Positions 1 to 10,738 of a stretch of DNA of 64,000 bases are shown piece by piece. The number at the start of each line of letters is the position of its first letter. Position 1 is the stretch's first letter. Where the stretch lies: assembly GCA_965207455.1 (NCBI GenBank), contig CBDBMJ010000001.1, positions 1,696,001-1,760,000 of the forward strand, read 5' to 3'. The notes under the pieces are model-generated. The model ran no database searches. It saw only the letters and a list, made by a program, of their open reading frames with translations, and had not been told where the DNA came from. The DNA comes from Bdellovibrionota bacterium (GTDB taxonomy: Bacteria; Bdellovibrionota; UBA1018; CAIPTA01; JAALKR01). A program made the position numbers and the translations under genes.

Positions 1-289
1 AAAACAAGGGACGTGCACCAGTGCAAATAATATCATTTGCACACATGGCTACCAAGTCTATTCCAATGGTATGGTGGGTTTGGAGCATTTGTGCAATTTT
101 TATTTTTGTGCCCACACCGTCCGTACTTGCTGCTAATAAATTCCCGTTACCTCGAGAATAAAGAGCAGCGTACCCTCCCACACCTGTATATACTTCTTTT
201 GTATAGGTACTCTGAATAAGCGGCAGAACTTTTTGAATAAAGTGCTCCCCTTTTTTCCAATCCACTCCTGAATCTTTATAGGTGCCCAT
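1..289 (-). CDS. purM: Phosphoribosylaminoimidazole synthetase PurM, 5' part (runs off the window)
   Basis: Not in the ORF track. Manual translation from ATG 289: MGTYKDSGVD...GVGGYAAL...ASTDGVGTK...IGIDLVAMCANDIICTGARPLF, typical PurM motifs; follows purH. Confidence 0.95.
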   Translation of the reverse strand, partial: MGTYKDSGVDWKKGEHFIQKVLPLIQSTYTKEVYTGVGGYAALYSRGNGNLLAASTDGVGTKIKIAQMLQTHHTIGIDLVAMCANDIICTGARPLF

Positions 290-306
290 ATATTTTTTCC
301 CGCTCA

Positions 307-1857
307 TTAGTGACGGAAATGTCTCCTTCCCGTAAATGCCATTGCAATTTTGTGCTGGTTGCAAGCCTCAATAATTTCTTGATCGCGAATACTGCCCCCG
401 GGCTGCACAATGCGCTGGATACCCAGCCTTGCAGCACTTTCTATAATATCCGTGAAAGGAAAGAAGGCGTCCGAGGCTAGGAGTATCTCTTTGAAATTTT
501 TCCCCTTGGCGCGAAACCCTGCCAGTAACTCTAAACTATCTATACGATTGGGCTGACCCATTCCTGCGCCCACAAGTTGCATACTGTCCTTATTTTTCTC
601 CACTAATGCAATAGCATTACTTTTAAGGTGCTTGGCTGCCATCACTCCAAACTGAGCCAGATGGGTGGCGTCGAAACGAGCCTCTGTTACACTTTTAAAA
701 TCTTCTTCCACATACAGGTCTTCATCCTGAATAAGAACACCACCCAAAATGGAGCGGATCATTTTTTCTTTTTCACCTGCAGGGCTGGAACACAATAAAA
801 TTCTAAGGTTTTTCTTTTTTGTAAATAGTTTCATTGCCTCTGGATCGATGGAAGGAGCAACCAGCACTTCGATAAATTTATCCTTTAGCCATTGGGCCAT
901 GTGGAAATTAATTTCCTGAGTGGAACAAATCACACTGCCAAAGGCACTGATGGGATCCCCTGCCCATGCCAGCTCCAGCGCTTTTTCTCCCGACGGAGCA
1001 ACCGCCAATCCACATGGATTTAAATGCTTAATCACTGCCACCGCTGCACCAGTTTTTTGATTGGCCATAAGAGCATCATGAGCTGCACGGTAAGCAACAT
1101 CTGCATCAATAATATTATTATAGGACAGGGGTTTTCCTTGAATAATGTCTGCAGAGACAAGAGAGCTATTGCCCAACCATGGGCAACGGTAATGGACAGC
1201 TTCTTGATGGGGATTTTCTCCATAGCGTAGAGTTTTTCCCTGGAAAAACGGAAGCCACATAGATTTTTCTTTTGAGTAGCGCTTACTCATTTCTTGGGCA
1301 ATGATAACTTCATAGTCGGCAGTATGCTTAAACGCTTGGGCACTAAGTTTTCTTCGTGAGTCCAGACCCATACAGCTTTTATTTTCTTCCATCTCTCTCA
1401 TGCATTCCCCATATTGAGAGGGAGAGGTGAGCACGGAGATAAAGTTCTTCGCTGCTGCTCGCACCATGGTGGGTCCACCAATATCTATATTTTTTATAAA
1501 TAGATTTTCCTCCTCATCCATTGTGCTCTGGAAGGGATAGAAATTGCATACCAAGAGATCGATGGGTTCAATGTTGAGCTCCTGGGCCTGTGCCTCATCC
1601 TTTTCGTTACCACGCTGAAAAAGTAAGGCACTAATGGTTTGGAAGCTAATGGTTTTCATTCTTCCCTGAAAAGCCTCAGGGTTTCCAGTGATCTTCTCTA
1701 TGGGAGTCACGGGTATTTTATCTTCTGCTAACGCCTTGGCTGTACCTCCAGTGGATATGATTTCCACACCTGCGTTCACTAAAAATTTCCCCAATTTCTT
1801 AATGCCCGTTTTATCGGACACACTAAGTAGAGCTCGTTTTATTTCTCGATGTTCCAT
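307..1857 (-). CDS. purH: Bifunctional AICAR transformylase/IMP cyclohydrolase
   Basis: RALLSVSDKTG, IDIGGPTMVRAAAKN, LRYGENPHQ, ASDAFFPF, QPGGSIRD, C-terminal RHFRH. Confidence 0.98.
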   Translation of the reverse strand: MEHREIKRALLSVSDKTGIKKLGKFLVNAGVEIISTGGTAKALAEDKIPVTPIEKITGNPEAFQGRMKTISFQTISALLFQRGNEKDEAQAQELNIEPIDLLVCNFYPFQSTMDEEENLFIKNIDIGGPTMVRAAAKNFISVLTSPSQYGECMREMEENKSCMGLDSRRKLSAQAFKHTADYEVIIAQEMSKRYSKEKSMWLPFFQGKTLRYGENPHQEAVHYRCPWLGNSSLVSADIIQGKPLSYNNIIDADVAYRAAHDALMANQKTGAAVAVIKHLNPCGLAVAPSGEKALELAWAGDPISAFGSVICSTQEINFHMAQWLKDKFIEVLVAPSIDPEAMKLFTKKKNLRILLCSSPAGEKEKMIRSILGGVLIQDEDLYVEEDFKSVTEARFDATHLAQFGVMAAKHLKSNAIALVEKNKDSMQLVGAGMGQPNRIDSLELLAGFRAKGKNFKEILLASDAFFPFTDIIESAARLGIQRIVQPGGSIRDQEIIEACNQHKIAMAFTGRRHFRH

Positions 1858-2616
1858 TTATTTTCCCTTTACGTATTCTATGCAGGATTCAAAAAATAAT
1901 AAGCCAATGCCAGGAGAAGTGCGATCTTTTTCTACCAAAGAGGACGATTGGGGATAAAGCAGTTGGGAACAGGCCGCTTCGGGGTGTGGCATCAGACCAA
2001 AAACAATCCCCTTAGGGTCGCAAATTCCCGCAATTCTGCCAAAAGAACCATTTACGTCCGTTGTGTAGCGCAGAGGAATTTGTCCATTTTGACTGAGGTT
2101 GTTGTGGATTTTTGGTCCCTCATGGAACGGAAAAACCACCCTTCCCTCTCCATGGCGTATGGGGAGTTGAATAGTTTTTTGAAGTTTTTTTGTCCATATA
2201 CAGGGAGATTGATCTTGCACTGCTAGCTCCACCCAAGAATTTATAAACTCTCCTGAATGATTTTTTGTCAAGGCTAGGGTTCGTTTTTCAAAGGGGTACG
2301 GCAGGAGACCCATTCGCGCAAGAGCTTGAAATCCGTTGCAAATGCCAATGATGGGTTTTTCCTTCTCCAGAAATATTTTTAATTCTTCTTGAAGACGAGC
2401 TTGGAGTTTTATGGCTAATGCTTGACCACTACCCAAGTCGTCTCCAAAGGAAAACCCGCCGGGAAGGGCTAGTATTTGGGCGCGCTCCAAGTGCTTGGGA
2501 GAAAGATCGTTGACGTGGATTATTTTCACGTCGGCATTGGCCAGATTAAAGGCCTGTGCTGTTTCTCGCTCACAATTAATTCCATCACCACAAAGGATAA
2601 GGGCGTTAGGCTTCAT
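1858..2616 (-). CDS. purQ: FGAM synthase glutaminase subunit
   Basis: GINCE, LPGGFSFGD, GICNGFQ nucleophile motif, RHGEGR, GLMPHPE; likely start ATG 2616. Confidence 0.96.
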   Translation of the reverse strand: MKPNALILCGDGINCERETAQAFNLANADVKIIHVNDLSPKHLERAQILALPGGFSFGDDLGSGQALAIKLQARLQEELKIFLEKEKPIIGICNGFQALARMGLLPYPFEKRTLALTKNHSGEFINSWVELAVQDQSPCIWTKKLQKTIQLPIRHGEGRVVFPFHEGPKIHNNLSQNGQIPLRYTTDVNGSFGRIAGICDPKGIVFGLMPHPEAACSQLLYPQSSSLVEKDRTSPGIGLLFFESCIEYVKGK

Positions 2617-5600
2617 AGTCACCGGGCAGTCCTTTCCATGCATTTTTAAGTTTTTCTAAAGGAGCATCAAGAATAACCAAAGAGGTATTACAAATTCTTA
2701 AAATTTCCGCTTCTGTGGTAGTGCCAAAAGCAACACAAGGAATTGCCTCGAAGTGTTTTTCAAAGGATTCTTTATTTTCCGGCGACACACTCACGATAAA
2801 ACGACCAGAACTCTCATTATAAAAAAACTCTGAAATACTTAGTGATTCCAAGATTTCTCTACATTCATCTAGTTCTGCTCGTACACCTAACTCTCCTCCA
2901 ATGGCACTTTCCGCAAGAGCCACAAGAAGTCCTCCCTCGGAACAGTCATGACAGGAATTTAATAAACTTTTCTCCATAGCCGAGTGTAGTTTTTTATAGA
3001 CATCCCTATTCAGGGTCGGATGGATGGGAGGAAGTTCATTTCTATAAAAATCCTTAGGTAGTTTAAAAATTTCTTTCAACATGGATCCTCCCAGGTGTCT
3101 GTGGTTTGTTCCTAGAATGAAAATTAAATCGCCAGGATTTTTGAAATCGCTGGTAACGGTTTTGCTCACATTTTCTACCTTGGCTACCGCTGTGATCAAT
3201 ACGGTGGGAGGAACGGATATTTTTATTTCTTTGGAGAATCGACTGTAACCCACATAATCGTTTTTCATACTGTCTTTGCCACTAATAAAGGGAGTGCCAT
3301 AGATGCAAGCAGCATCATAGAGTCCATTACAAGCCCGTACCAGTTGGGCTAATTTGTGGGCAGCATCGGGATTATTCGACGATGGTAACGGGTCAGGCCA
3401 GCAAAAGTTATCAATCAATGCTATTTGATCTGGGTTTCCGCCAACAGAAACACAATTACGAATAGCCTCATCCAATGCATATTGGGCCATGGTATAAGTA
3501 TCATACGAAGAGTACTTGGGAGCTAAACCGCAACCAATACTAATACCGCCCATCTTTTCTCCCCCATGTGGAGCCATCCAAATCACAGCTGCGTCGCCCG
3601 GTCCCGTTCCGTTCTTACCTAAAAAAGGTTTAACGAGAGTTGCTGCTTGCACCTCATGGTCGTACCTACGAACGAGATCTTCTTTGCTCCTCACAGTCCA
3701 GTCACTTAAAATTTTATATAGGGCTTTCTCGAGAAAAAACCTGGAGTTGAGCTCCTGTTTTGAGACAAGAGACTTAGGGTTTCTATGGAATGGAGAAAAC
3801 TCTTTCCTAGGACCCTCCCACCTTGCATGGAGCTTCATCTTGGGCAGACCGTGGTGGAGAAAATCCATTTCAAGGAGTGCCACTGTTTTTTCTTTATACT
3901 TCACTCGAAAGAAACCGTCGTTAGAAAAGTGCCCTAAATCGGTGGCTATCACATTTCGTTTTTTTGCCAAGTCCATAAAGGCAGCTAACTTTTCTTCGGG
4001 TACAGCAAAAGTCATTCTTTCCTGACTTTCACTGATCACAAGCTCAAAGGGAGAAAGGCCGGGATATTTTACGGGAGCAAGAGCTACATCTATGGTGGCA
4101 CCATTGGTTACGGTTGCCATTTCACCCACACTGGAACTCAAGCCACCTGCGCCGTTGTCCGTAATGTTGGAAAACAACTCCCTATCTCTTGCCTCTAGGA
4201 GGAAATCAGCTAAGCGCTTTTGGGTGATGGGATCTCCAATTTGCACCGCAGTTGCCGGAGCGTTTCGATTTAATTTCATGGAACTAAAGGTGGCTCCATG
4301 AATTCCATCTTTTCCTATACAGCCTCCAGCCATGACAATACGGTCGCCCACCTTATGAGATTTTTGGCTGGTGGGAGTGCCGCTATTTGTTTCTTGGGGG
4401 ATTACCCCAATCGTTCCGCAAAAAACCAAGGGCTTGCCAGAAAAGTTTTTATGAAATGAAAAAGCACCATTAACGGTGGGAATACCACTCTTGTTTCCAC
4501 CATCCGCCACCCCACGGTGCACACCTTCTAAAATATTTCTAGGGTGTTTTAGACCAGAGGGAAGTTCTTTTCTGTTTTTAGGCCAATCCGGCGGCGCTAG
4601 ACAAAATACGTTAGTATTGGCAATGGGCCTTGCACCTAAACCACATCCCAATATATCTCGGTTTACACCAACAATACCTGTGAGAGCACCACCGTAAGGA
4701 TCGAGAGCCGATGGGCTGTTATGGGTTTCCACTTTTACACAAATGTCCACAAAAGGATCAAAGCGTACAATCCCCGCATTGTCCGAAAAGACGGAAATGA
4801 GCCAGTCCAGTTGACGGTCCTTTTTAATTTTCGCTGTGGCTCCTTGAATATATGTGTGGTAAAGGCTGTGAATTTTCTTATCAGACAGAGAAACATAGGA
4901 GGATTCTTCACTCTCACTGTATTCAATTTCTGCGGAAAAAATTTTATGCTTGCAATGCTCACTCCATGTTTGAGCAAGAATTTCCATTTCCACATCAGTG
5001 GGGTTGGAAGAAATATCTTCTGATTTTCTCAGGGAGGTGATTTTCTCTTTGTCGAAATAATTCCTGATTCCTTTTAACTCTTCTATGGAAAGCGCCCAAC
5101 AGTTTTTTTTGTTTAATCGTTTTAGTCTATAGTCCTCTAAGTGCAGATCCATTTCATATATTTTTGGGTTACTTTCCAATTTCACTTCCGGCACCAAAAC
5201 TTCGGAAAATCGGTTATTCGTCTGAAGCTCGTTGAAACTTAAAACAACTATTTTTTGAATTAAAGAATTTCCCAATAACTCATGACCAATGGTTTCTGCT
5301 TGAGCTCTGGATAAATTTCCATACAAAAGGGTAAGGGTGCTGGAGTATACTTTTATCTCATTTTTTTTCGCAAAATCACTGTAAATGGATAAGATTTCTG
5401 TGGCACTGTTGCCCACATTGTCCGTTACTCCCGGCTTGAAGGAAACCTCTATTCCAAAGCAAGGCTTAAGATCGCTGACCTCTGTAGAGAAAAAATCCTC
5501 AACCTGTAGAATACTGGTTTGGATAATAGAGTCTGAGAAAATGTGCTCGCTCCAATCCTTAATATCGTCCCTAGGAATATTTACATTTGTTCTGGAGTGC

Positions 5601-5740
5601 ATGCGATAGACTTGTATTTCTTCAGAACCCAACACAGGAAGTTCCAGAAAACCACGCGCCCCCTTGGCAACACAATGATCTCGTAAATTACTTTCCCGGG
5701 TGCTTACCTCTATACGAGCAAAAGGGCTATCCATGTGCAT
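2606..5740 (-). CDS. purL: FGAM synthase synthetase subunit PurL with an N-terminal PurS-like extension
   Basis: QTWSEHCKHK, KVETHNSPS, DNGAGGLSS, SESQERM, SGKDSM, HDCSEGG; ~200 aa N-terminal region with KPGVTDNVG. Start is approximate. Confidence 0.95.
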   Translation of the reverse strand: MHMDSPFARIEVSTRESNLRDHCVAKGARGFLELPVLGSEEIQVYRMHSRTNVNIPRDDIKDWSEHIFSDSIIQTSILQVEDFFSTEVSDLKPCFGIEVSFKPGVTDNVGNSATEILSIYSDFAKKNEIKVYSSTLTLLYGNLSRAQAETIGHELLGNSLIQKIVVLSFNELQTNNRFSEVLVPEVKLESNPKIYEMDLHLEDYRLKRLNKKNCWALSIEELKGIRNYFDKEKITSLRKSEDISSNPTDVEMEILAQTWSEHCKHKIFSAEIEYSESEESSYVSLSDKKIHSLYHTYIQGATAKIKKDRQLDWLISVFSDNAGIVRFDPFVDICVKVETHNSPSALDPYGGALTGIVGVNRDILGCGLGARPIANTNVFCLAPPDWPKNRKELPSGLKHPRNILEGVHRGVADGGNKSGIPTVNGAFSFHKNFSGKPLVFCGTIGVIPQETNSGTPTSQKSHKVGDRIVMAGGCIGKDGIHGATFSSMKLNRNAPATAVQIGDPITQKRLADFLLEARDRELFSNITDNGAGGLSSSVGEMATVTNGATIDVALAPVKYPGLSPFELVISESQERMTFAVPEEKLAAFMDLAKKRNVIATDLGHFSNDGFFRVKYKEKTVALLEMDFLHHGLPKMKLHARWEGPRKEFSPFHRNPKSLVSKQELNSRFFLEKALYKILSDWTVRSKEDLVRRYDHEVQAATLVKPFLGKNGTGPGDAAVIWMAPHGGEKMGGISIGCGLAPKYSSYDTYTMAQYALDEAIRNCVSVGGNPDQIALIDNFCWPDPLPSSNNPDAAHKLAQLVRACNGLYDAACIYGTPFISGKDSMKNDYVGYSRFSKEIKISVPPTVLITAVAKVENVSKTVTSDFKNPGDLIFILGTNHRHLGGSMLKEIFKLPKDFYRNELPPIHPTLNRDVYKKLHSAMEKSLLNSCHDCSEGGLLVALAESAIGGELGVRAELDECREILESLSISEFFYNESSGRFIVSVSPENKESFEKHFEAIPCVAFGTTTEAEILRICNTSLVILDAPLEKLKNAWKGLPGDYEA

Positions 5741-6350
5741 TCCTCTTTGTTCGTACAAGCTTTGTTTCTTTACACAAATGGAGGTTGTTATGAATAATCA
5801 TGGAAAGCACTTCCATAAGGAGTGGTATCTCCAACTGTCGCCCTCGATTGTAGAAATCCTCAAAGGTATCGTCTTCCTTACGAGGAAATGTGGTTTGTGC
5901 AATAATGGGACCGCCGTCTAAGGACTCCTCCACAAAATGTATGGTGAGACCAGAAACTTTCACTCCTCCTGCGAAAGCTTGTTGGTAGGCATCCTTGCCT
6001 GAGAAGGCAGGGAGTAGGGATGGGTGGATATTGATTACCCGGTACAGACCTAGGCTATCATCCACAAAAAGTTCGAGAAAATTCTTTTCCATAATACGCA
6101 TATAACCCAAAAGAAAGGCCCAATCGGGTTGTAGTTTAGTTACAAGATCCAGCCTTGATTGTAAGTCTTTGTGAGAAATAACAAAGGTGGGAATATTATT
6201 TTTCTTGGCTCTTGTGAGAACAGGGGCATGGGAATTATTGCTCACCAAACCCACAATGCTAATTTCCTTGGGATGATTCCGGCAATAGTCCATAACAGCT
6301 TGAGCGTTGGTGCCTTCTCCAGAAGCAAAAATAATAATTTTCTTATTCAT
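5727..6350 (-). CDS. purN: Phosphoribosylglycinamide formyltransferase
   Basis: FASGEGTN, GYMRI, NIHPSLLPAF, DGGPIIAQ. Confidence 0.97.
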   Translation of the reverse strand: MNKKIIIFASGEGTNAQAVMDYCRNHPKEISIVGLVSNNSHAPVLTRAKKNNIPTFVISHKDLQSRLDLVTKLQPDWAFLLGYMRIMEKNFLELFVDDSLGLYRVINIHPSLLPAFSGKDAYQQAFAGGVKVSGLTIHFVEESLDGGPIIAQTTFPRKEDDTFEDFYNRGRQLEIPLLMEVLSMIIHNNLHLCKETKLVRTKRNAHG

Positions 6351-7639
6351 CGTCCGATATCCGTTCGTATTTGAGCACCGTCAAACTGAATACTCCTGAG
6401 TAAAGAGTATGTACTTTGGCAAGCACTTGCCTGGTCTTGGGCCAAGGCTGTTACACCCAAAACCCGACCACCCGATGTGCATAAAGTTTCGTTATTATGT
6501 TTTACACCCGCAAAGAAAATCTTTTGTGCCTGTGAGGGCTCAGGCGATGTGGGCAGTAATTCGTCGGGAATGGAAATGGGATCTCCCTTTCGTATATTGC
6601 CGGCTACGGGATAACCAGAGGCTGCCATAACCACATGGACGGAGGAAAGTCGCTTGAAACGTATGGCATTAGGATGTAAGGTATGTAATTTTCTTAACGA
6701 TGCGGCCTCCAGCACAGGCAACAGATCGGAGTCCAGAAGGGGCAAAATAGCTTGAGTTTCTGGATCGCCAAAGCGGACATTAAATTCCAATACTTTTGGT
6801 CCTGCCTGGGTTTGCATAAGCCCAATAAAAAGTGTGCCCACGAAGGGGGTGTTTTGAGTGTTCAATTCTTTTAATAGGGGCTGGACAATTTTCTCGTCGA
6901 TTAATTGGGTGAAATTTTCAGGCAGCCAAGCTACTGGGCTATAGGCACCCATACCCCCAGTATTGGGCCCCTTTCCACCATCGTGTAAAGTTTTATAGTC
7001 ACAGGCAAATCCTAGGGGAATGGCCGTGTTTCCGTCGCAAATAAAAAAAGCACTCACCTCTTTGCCCGATAATTTTTCCTCAATAATCATTTTCTTTCCC
7101 GCAGACCCCATGGTTTCGTGGATCATAAAAGATTCCACACACTTTATGGCAGAATCTAAGCACTGAGTAACCACCACACCTTTTCCAAGGGCAAGACCGT
7201 CGGCTTTTAAAGCCCAGCCGGATTTCCATGGAGAATTTTTTAGAAACTGGATGGCTTCCTTAGCTTTGTCGAAAACCGCAAAGCGAGCTGTTGGGATGTG
7301 CACAGTTTCCATAACCTGCTTTGCAAAAGATTTTGAGGTTTCTAGGCGAGCTGCTGCCTGAGAGGGACCGTATACTAAAACGCCATGAAGTTTGTCGGTG
7401 AGGCCATCGGCAAGGGCTTGGTCAGGACCGATCACTACTAAATCTATGGATTCTTTTTTTACAAAAGAAAGTATTCCGTCATGGTCATCAACCGCAATGG
7501 GCTTTCGTTGCAGATGGGGTTCTAGGGCTGCTCCGTCGTTGCCCGGAGTAAGAAACAATTTCTCGCACTTGGGTGATTGGCTTAACTTCCAGGCTAAGGC
7601 ATGCTCCCTACCCCCAGAACCAACAACCATTACCTTCAT
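6347..7639 (-). CDS. purD: Phosphoribosylamine-glycine ligase
   Basis: GSGGREHALAW, KADGLALGKGV, GPNTGGMGAYSP, EFNVRFGDPETQ, SGGRVL. Confidence 0.98.
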   Translation of the reverse strand: MKVMVVGSGGREHALAWKLSQSPKCEKLFLTPGNDGAALEPHLQRKPIAVDDHDGILSFVKKESIDLVVIGPDQALADGLTDKLHGVLVYGPSQAAARLETSKSFAKQVMETVHIPTARFAVFDKAKEAIQFLKNSPWKSGWALKADGLALGKGVVVTQCLDSAIKCVESFMIHETMGSAGKKMIIEEKLSGKEVSAFFICDGNTAIPLGFACDYKTLHDGGKGPNTGGMGAYSPVAWLPENFTQLIDEKIVQPLLKELNTQNTPFVGTLFIGLMQTQAGPKVLEFNVRFGDPETQAILPLLDSDLLPVLEAASLRKLHTLHPNAIRFKRLSSVHVVMAASGYPVAGNIRKGDPISIPDELLPTSPEPSQAQKIFFAGVKHNNETLCTSGGRVLGVTALAQDQASACQSTYSLLRSIQFDGAQIRTDIGR

Positions 7640-8838
7640 GATCTTGTAATTTCCCTTAGGCTAGAGACAAGCTCTTGAATGGGAGGCATCTGAGGAAAAG
7701 GAAGGGGATAGTCAAAGGCTTTCGCTAAAGCGTTGGTGAGTGAAGGATACAGTAAACCTACTTTTTCTTTTATATTTTCCGACAACGGCTCGGGAGTTTC
7801 TCCCAGTTTTTCTATGCAAATCTGTTTCCAGTTGGTGGTTTGTTCCTGTACGGCAATCTCCTTGGCTTTCTCTATGGCAATCTCCCAGGCGCTACCTTTG
7901 TAGAGTTGTCGAATGATTTCCTTGGATAGGTGCACTCCATCTTTTAGAATACGCAGTTCATCGGGACCGATGGAGTCCACTAGTTGGAATCGTCGTTGGG
8001 AACTACCTTTCGCCTCGGGGGTAAAAGCAAATTCAAATTTTCCATCCCAAAGTTCCAAATTTAACGAATCAAATACGGTTTTCAAGCGCAAAGCCAGCAA
8101 CAGAACCGTATCCTCTAAAACAGAGAATTCTTCCCTAGATAGACCAGCAATGGCCTGAGCATCTGTTGAAGAGAGCATCCGATCTGTGGTTTCCAGTTTT
8201 GTGGAAAACTCCACGATGGGAAAAGGAAACCAGTCTCCCGCCTTAGGGATCGAGGAAAAACCCAGATCATGGGCATAGCTTGGATTTTTTTTCACTCGAC
8301 GAAGGAAGGAGCTTCCCTGTGGAGCACCAAAACGAAAAATGGCCTCTAGGGGCAAGAGTGCATTTTGGGGACGATTTTTATAGACGTCGTAGTTCATCTG
8401 TAATTTTCCTCCCACATGGGTTTCCTGGGGACGAAGAATACTCACCGGGTTTACTGCAAGGTATGGAGTGGGAGTGCCCGTAGCCTGCTTTTCCTGTTTT
8501 TCGTTGATGAGACCAAAAGAATGGTGGGGCAGGCCTTCCTCTCGGAATTGTGCCAAGGCTTTAGAGTGTTCTATTTTTTTTCGAAAGTCCGTGCTCAAAT
8601 ACTCTGGAAGTTCCCATTTCTTCCATGCATTGGGGTTGGAAATAAAGGAAAAGATGAAGTCTGCTGTGAGGGCTAAGGACTTCCCCTTGTTCTCCAACTC
8701 GTCGGGCATAGTGCCCCAGTCAAATATGGAATAGCGGTCACTAAAGTGGAAAATATATGGGCTTTTTCCCACCTCTCCGTACACATCTTTTACCGATCCT
8801 TTGTGGATAAGGTTGCCAAGAGCTTGAGTATTATTCAT
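7636..8838 (-). CDS. purC: SAICAR synthetase (long form)
   Basis: KGSVKDVY, FSDRYSIFD, EFSTKLE, DGKFEF, VDSIGPDELR; operon context. Confidence 0.9.
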   Translation of the reverse strand: MNNTQALGNLIHKGSVKDVYGEVGKSPYIFHFSDRYSIFDWGTMPDELENKGKSLALTADFIFSFISNPNAWKKWELPEYLSTDFRKKIEHSKALAQFREEGLPHHSFGLINEKQEKQATGTPTPYLAVNPVSILRPQETHVGGKLQMNYDVYKNRPQNALLPLEAIFRFGAPQGSSFLRRVKKNPSYAHDLGFSSIPKAGDWFPFPIVEFSTKLETTDRMLSSTDAQAIAGLSREEFSVLEDTVLLLALRLKTVFDSLNLELWDGKFEFAFTPEAKGSSQRRFQLVDSIGPDELRILKDGVHLSKEIIRQLYKGSAWEIAIEKAKEIAVQEQTTNWKQICIEKLGETPEPLSENIKEKVGLLYPSLTNALAKAFDYPLPFPQMPPIQELVSSLREITRS

Positions 8839-10339
8839 TGGCTAGAGCCTCCTCTTTTATTTTTTCCTCTCTTTGCTGTAAGCGCTTTTTACGGAAACGC
8901 TTACCTGCGGAAATGTCGGTTGGATATTTTCCGTCGAGACAGGCCATGCATAGCTTTTTAATACCGATGGCACTACGGAGCCTCTCCTGATCTAAATAAA
9001 TCACCTTGTCTGCAAGGAGTTTTTTGGCAATTTCTTCCTCGGTACGGTCGGTGGCAAGAAGTTCTTTGGTACTGGGGAAATCAATTCCGTAGTAACAGGG
9101 ATTGCGAATGGGAGAGCAAGTACTAGCAAAATATACTTCCTTTGCTTCCGCTTTACGGACCATTTCCACAATTCGGGAGGAAGTGGTTCCACGTACAATA
9201 CTGTCGTCGACTAGTAAAACATTTTTACCTTTGATTTCTGTGCGCACGGGATTGAGTTTGAGGTTAACCGCTTTGTTGCGTTTTTCCTGTGTATTTAAAA
9301 TAAAACTTCTATTGATATAACGATTTTTAATCAGTACCTCTCGGTAGGGTAGACCCAGAGCTTCGGCCAAGGCAATGGCAGCAATGCGTGCTGTTTCGGG
9401 GACAGGGACCACTATATCTGGACGTATTTCCCCTCGATCTATGGCAGCTTTCACCAGCTTTGCCAAACCCTTACCCATGTCCAGCCGAGCCTCATAGACA
9501 GCTTTTTTTTCTAAAACGCCTTCCACACCAGAAAAATAGACCCACTCAAACATGCAAGGGGAATGCTCACTATTTTTTTCAATTATTTTGGAGTGAATTT
9601 CTCCATTCAAGGTAATATAGATCAACTCTCCTGCCTTAATATCCCGAACCACTGTGTAGTCCAGTATGGAGAAACCTGTTGTTTCCGAGGCCACGCAATA
9701 GGCTTTTTTTCCGTCGGGAAGGGTTTTTTCTCCCAACACTAGGGGACGAATGCCTTTAGGGTCGCGAAAAGCCACCATCCCTTGTCCAGCAATCATGGAA
9801 ACTACGGAATAGCCACCCACGGCCTGCTTAAAAACAGCCTCCACGGCTAAAGAAATTTGGTCGATGGATAGGGTGTCCTTAGGGGTACTCACTTCTGCGA
9901 GCTTATTAGCAAAAAGATTTTGAATGACCTCCAGGTCACTATGAGTTAGAAAATGCCGTCGACTTTCCTTTAAAAGATGCTCGGAAATTTCCTCATGATT
10001 GATAATATTTCCGTTATGGGCCATGCCGATACCAAAAGGATAATTCAACACAAAGGGCTGTATATAGCTTTCGTCTTCACTGGAACCGACCGTGGCGTAG
10101 CGAGTGTGTCCTATGGCGATATTGCCTTTGAGTCGCTCCAGTCGCTTTTTTGAAAAAACTTTTTCCACCAGACCCAGCTCTTTCCAGAGGTGAAATCCGT
10201 GGGCGCGAGAATCTTCCGACCCATCGTTATAGGATAGGATCCCCGCCGCATCTTGCCCTCGGTGTTGCAACGTAAAGAGACCAAGAAAAACCTCTTTTGC
10301 TGCTTGCTTCGGACCTAAAATCCCAATAATACCACACAT
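8831..10339 (-). CDS. purF: Amidophosphoribosyltransferase
   Basis: MCGIIG Ntn nucleophile, LQHRGQ, GHTRYAT, HNGN, PRPP-binding VDDSIVRGTT, YGIDFP. Confidence 0.98.
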   Translation of the reverse strand: MCGIIGILGPKQAAKEVFLGLFTLQHRGQDAAGILSYNDGSEDSRAHGFHLWKELGLVEKVFSKKRLERLKGNIAIGHTRYATVGSSEDESYIQPFVLNYPFGIGMAHNGNIINHEEISEHLLKESRRHFLTHSDLEVIQNLFANKLAEVSTPKDTLSIDQISLAVEAVFKQAVGGYSVVSMIAGQGMVAFRDPKGIRPLVLGEKTLPDGKKAYCVASETTGFSILDYTVVRDIKAGELIYITLNGEIHSKIIEKNSEHSPCMFEWVYFSGVEGVLEKKAVYEARLDMGKGLAKLVKAAIDRGEIRPDIVVPVPETARIAAIALAEALGLPYREVLIKNRYINRSFILNTQEKRNKAVNLKLNPVRTEIKGKNVLLVDDSIVRGTTSSRIVEMVRKAEAKEVYFASTCSPIRNPCYYGIDFPSTKELLATDRTEEEIAKKLLADKVIYLDQERLRSAIGIKKLCMACLDGKYPTDISAGKRFRKKRLQQREEKIKEEALANE

Positions 10340-10356
10340 ATGCTTTGCCCAAGCCC

Positions 10357-10385
10357 ATACTATACTGAAGGCGTAGCTTCGTCAA
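10357..10385 (-). promoter_or_regulatory. Putative sigma70 promoter of the pur operon
   Basis: TTGACG-17 nt-TAGTAT on the minus strand, ending ~17 nt upstream of the purF ATG. Confidence 0.5.
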
Positions 10386-10648
10386 CTGATTAGAAAAAAT
10401 AGACCGCCTTAAATGACGATTATTTGCTTTTTAAGGTTTTTGACGTAATGGACCCAAGCTTGGAGGGACTTGCCGAAGTTTAGCGTTAAATTTGAGAACA
10501 ACTGCGACAGGATTAGAAACAATGCGCACGTCAAAATATTCTTTACTGATCACGCCAAGGACATAGCACAAAAAATCCAAGCAATGTTTTGCATTAAAAA
10601 AACGAAAAGCAGAAAACAGAAAACAAAGGCGCATTATCAATAAAAATG

Positions 10649-10677
10649 TTGACATAGCTACTTTGCAGTATTCTAAT
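10649..10677 (+). promoter_or_regulatory. Putative sigma70 promoter
   Basis: TTGACA-17 nt-TCTAAT upstream of the AAGGAG RBS of ORF 10739. Confidence 0.55.
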
Positions 10678-10738
10678 CATTAATAGTATTTATTTTTTAA
10701 AAAATAAACAAACGAAACTAAATAAAGGAGAATAAAAA

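Noticed and set aside
10340..10738. Purine or ZTP riboswitch upstream of purF
   Set aside because: The putative promoter is ~17 nt from the start codon, leaving no leader, and no aptamer consensus was recognised.
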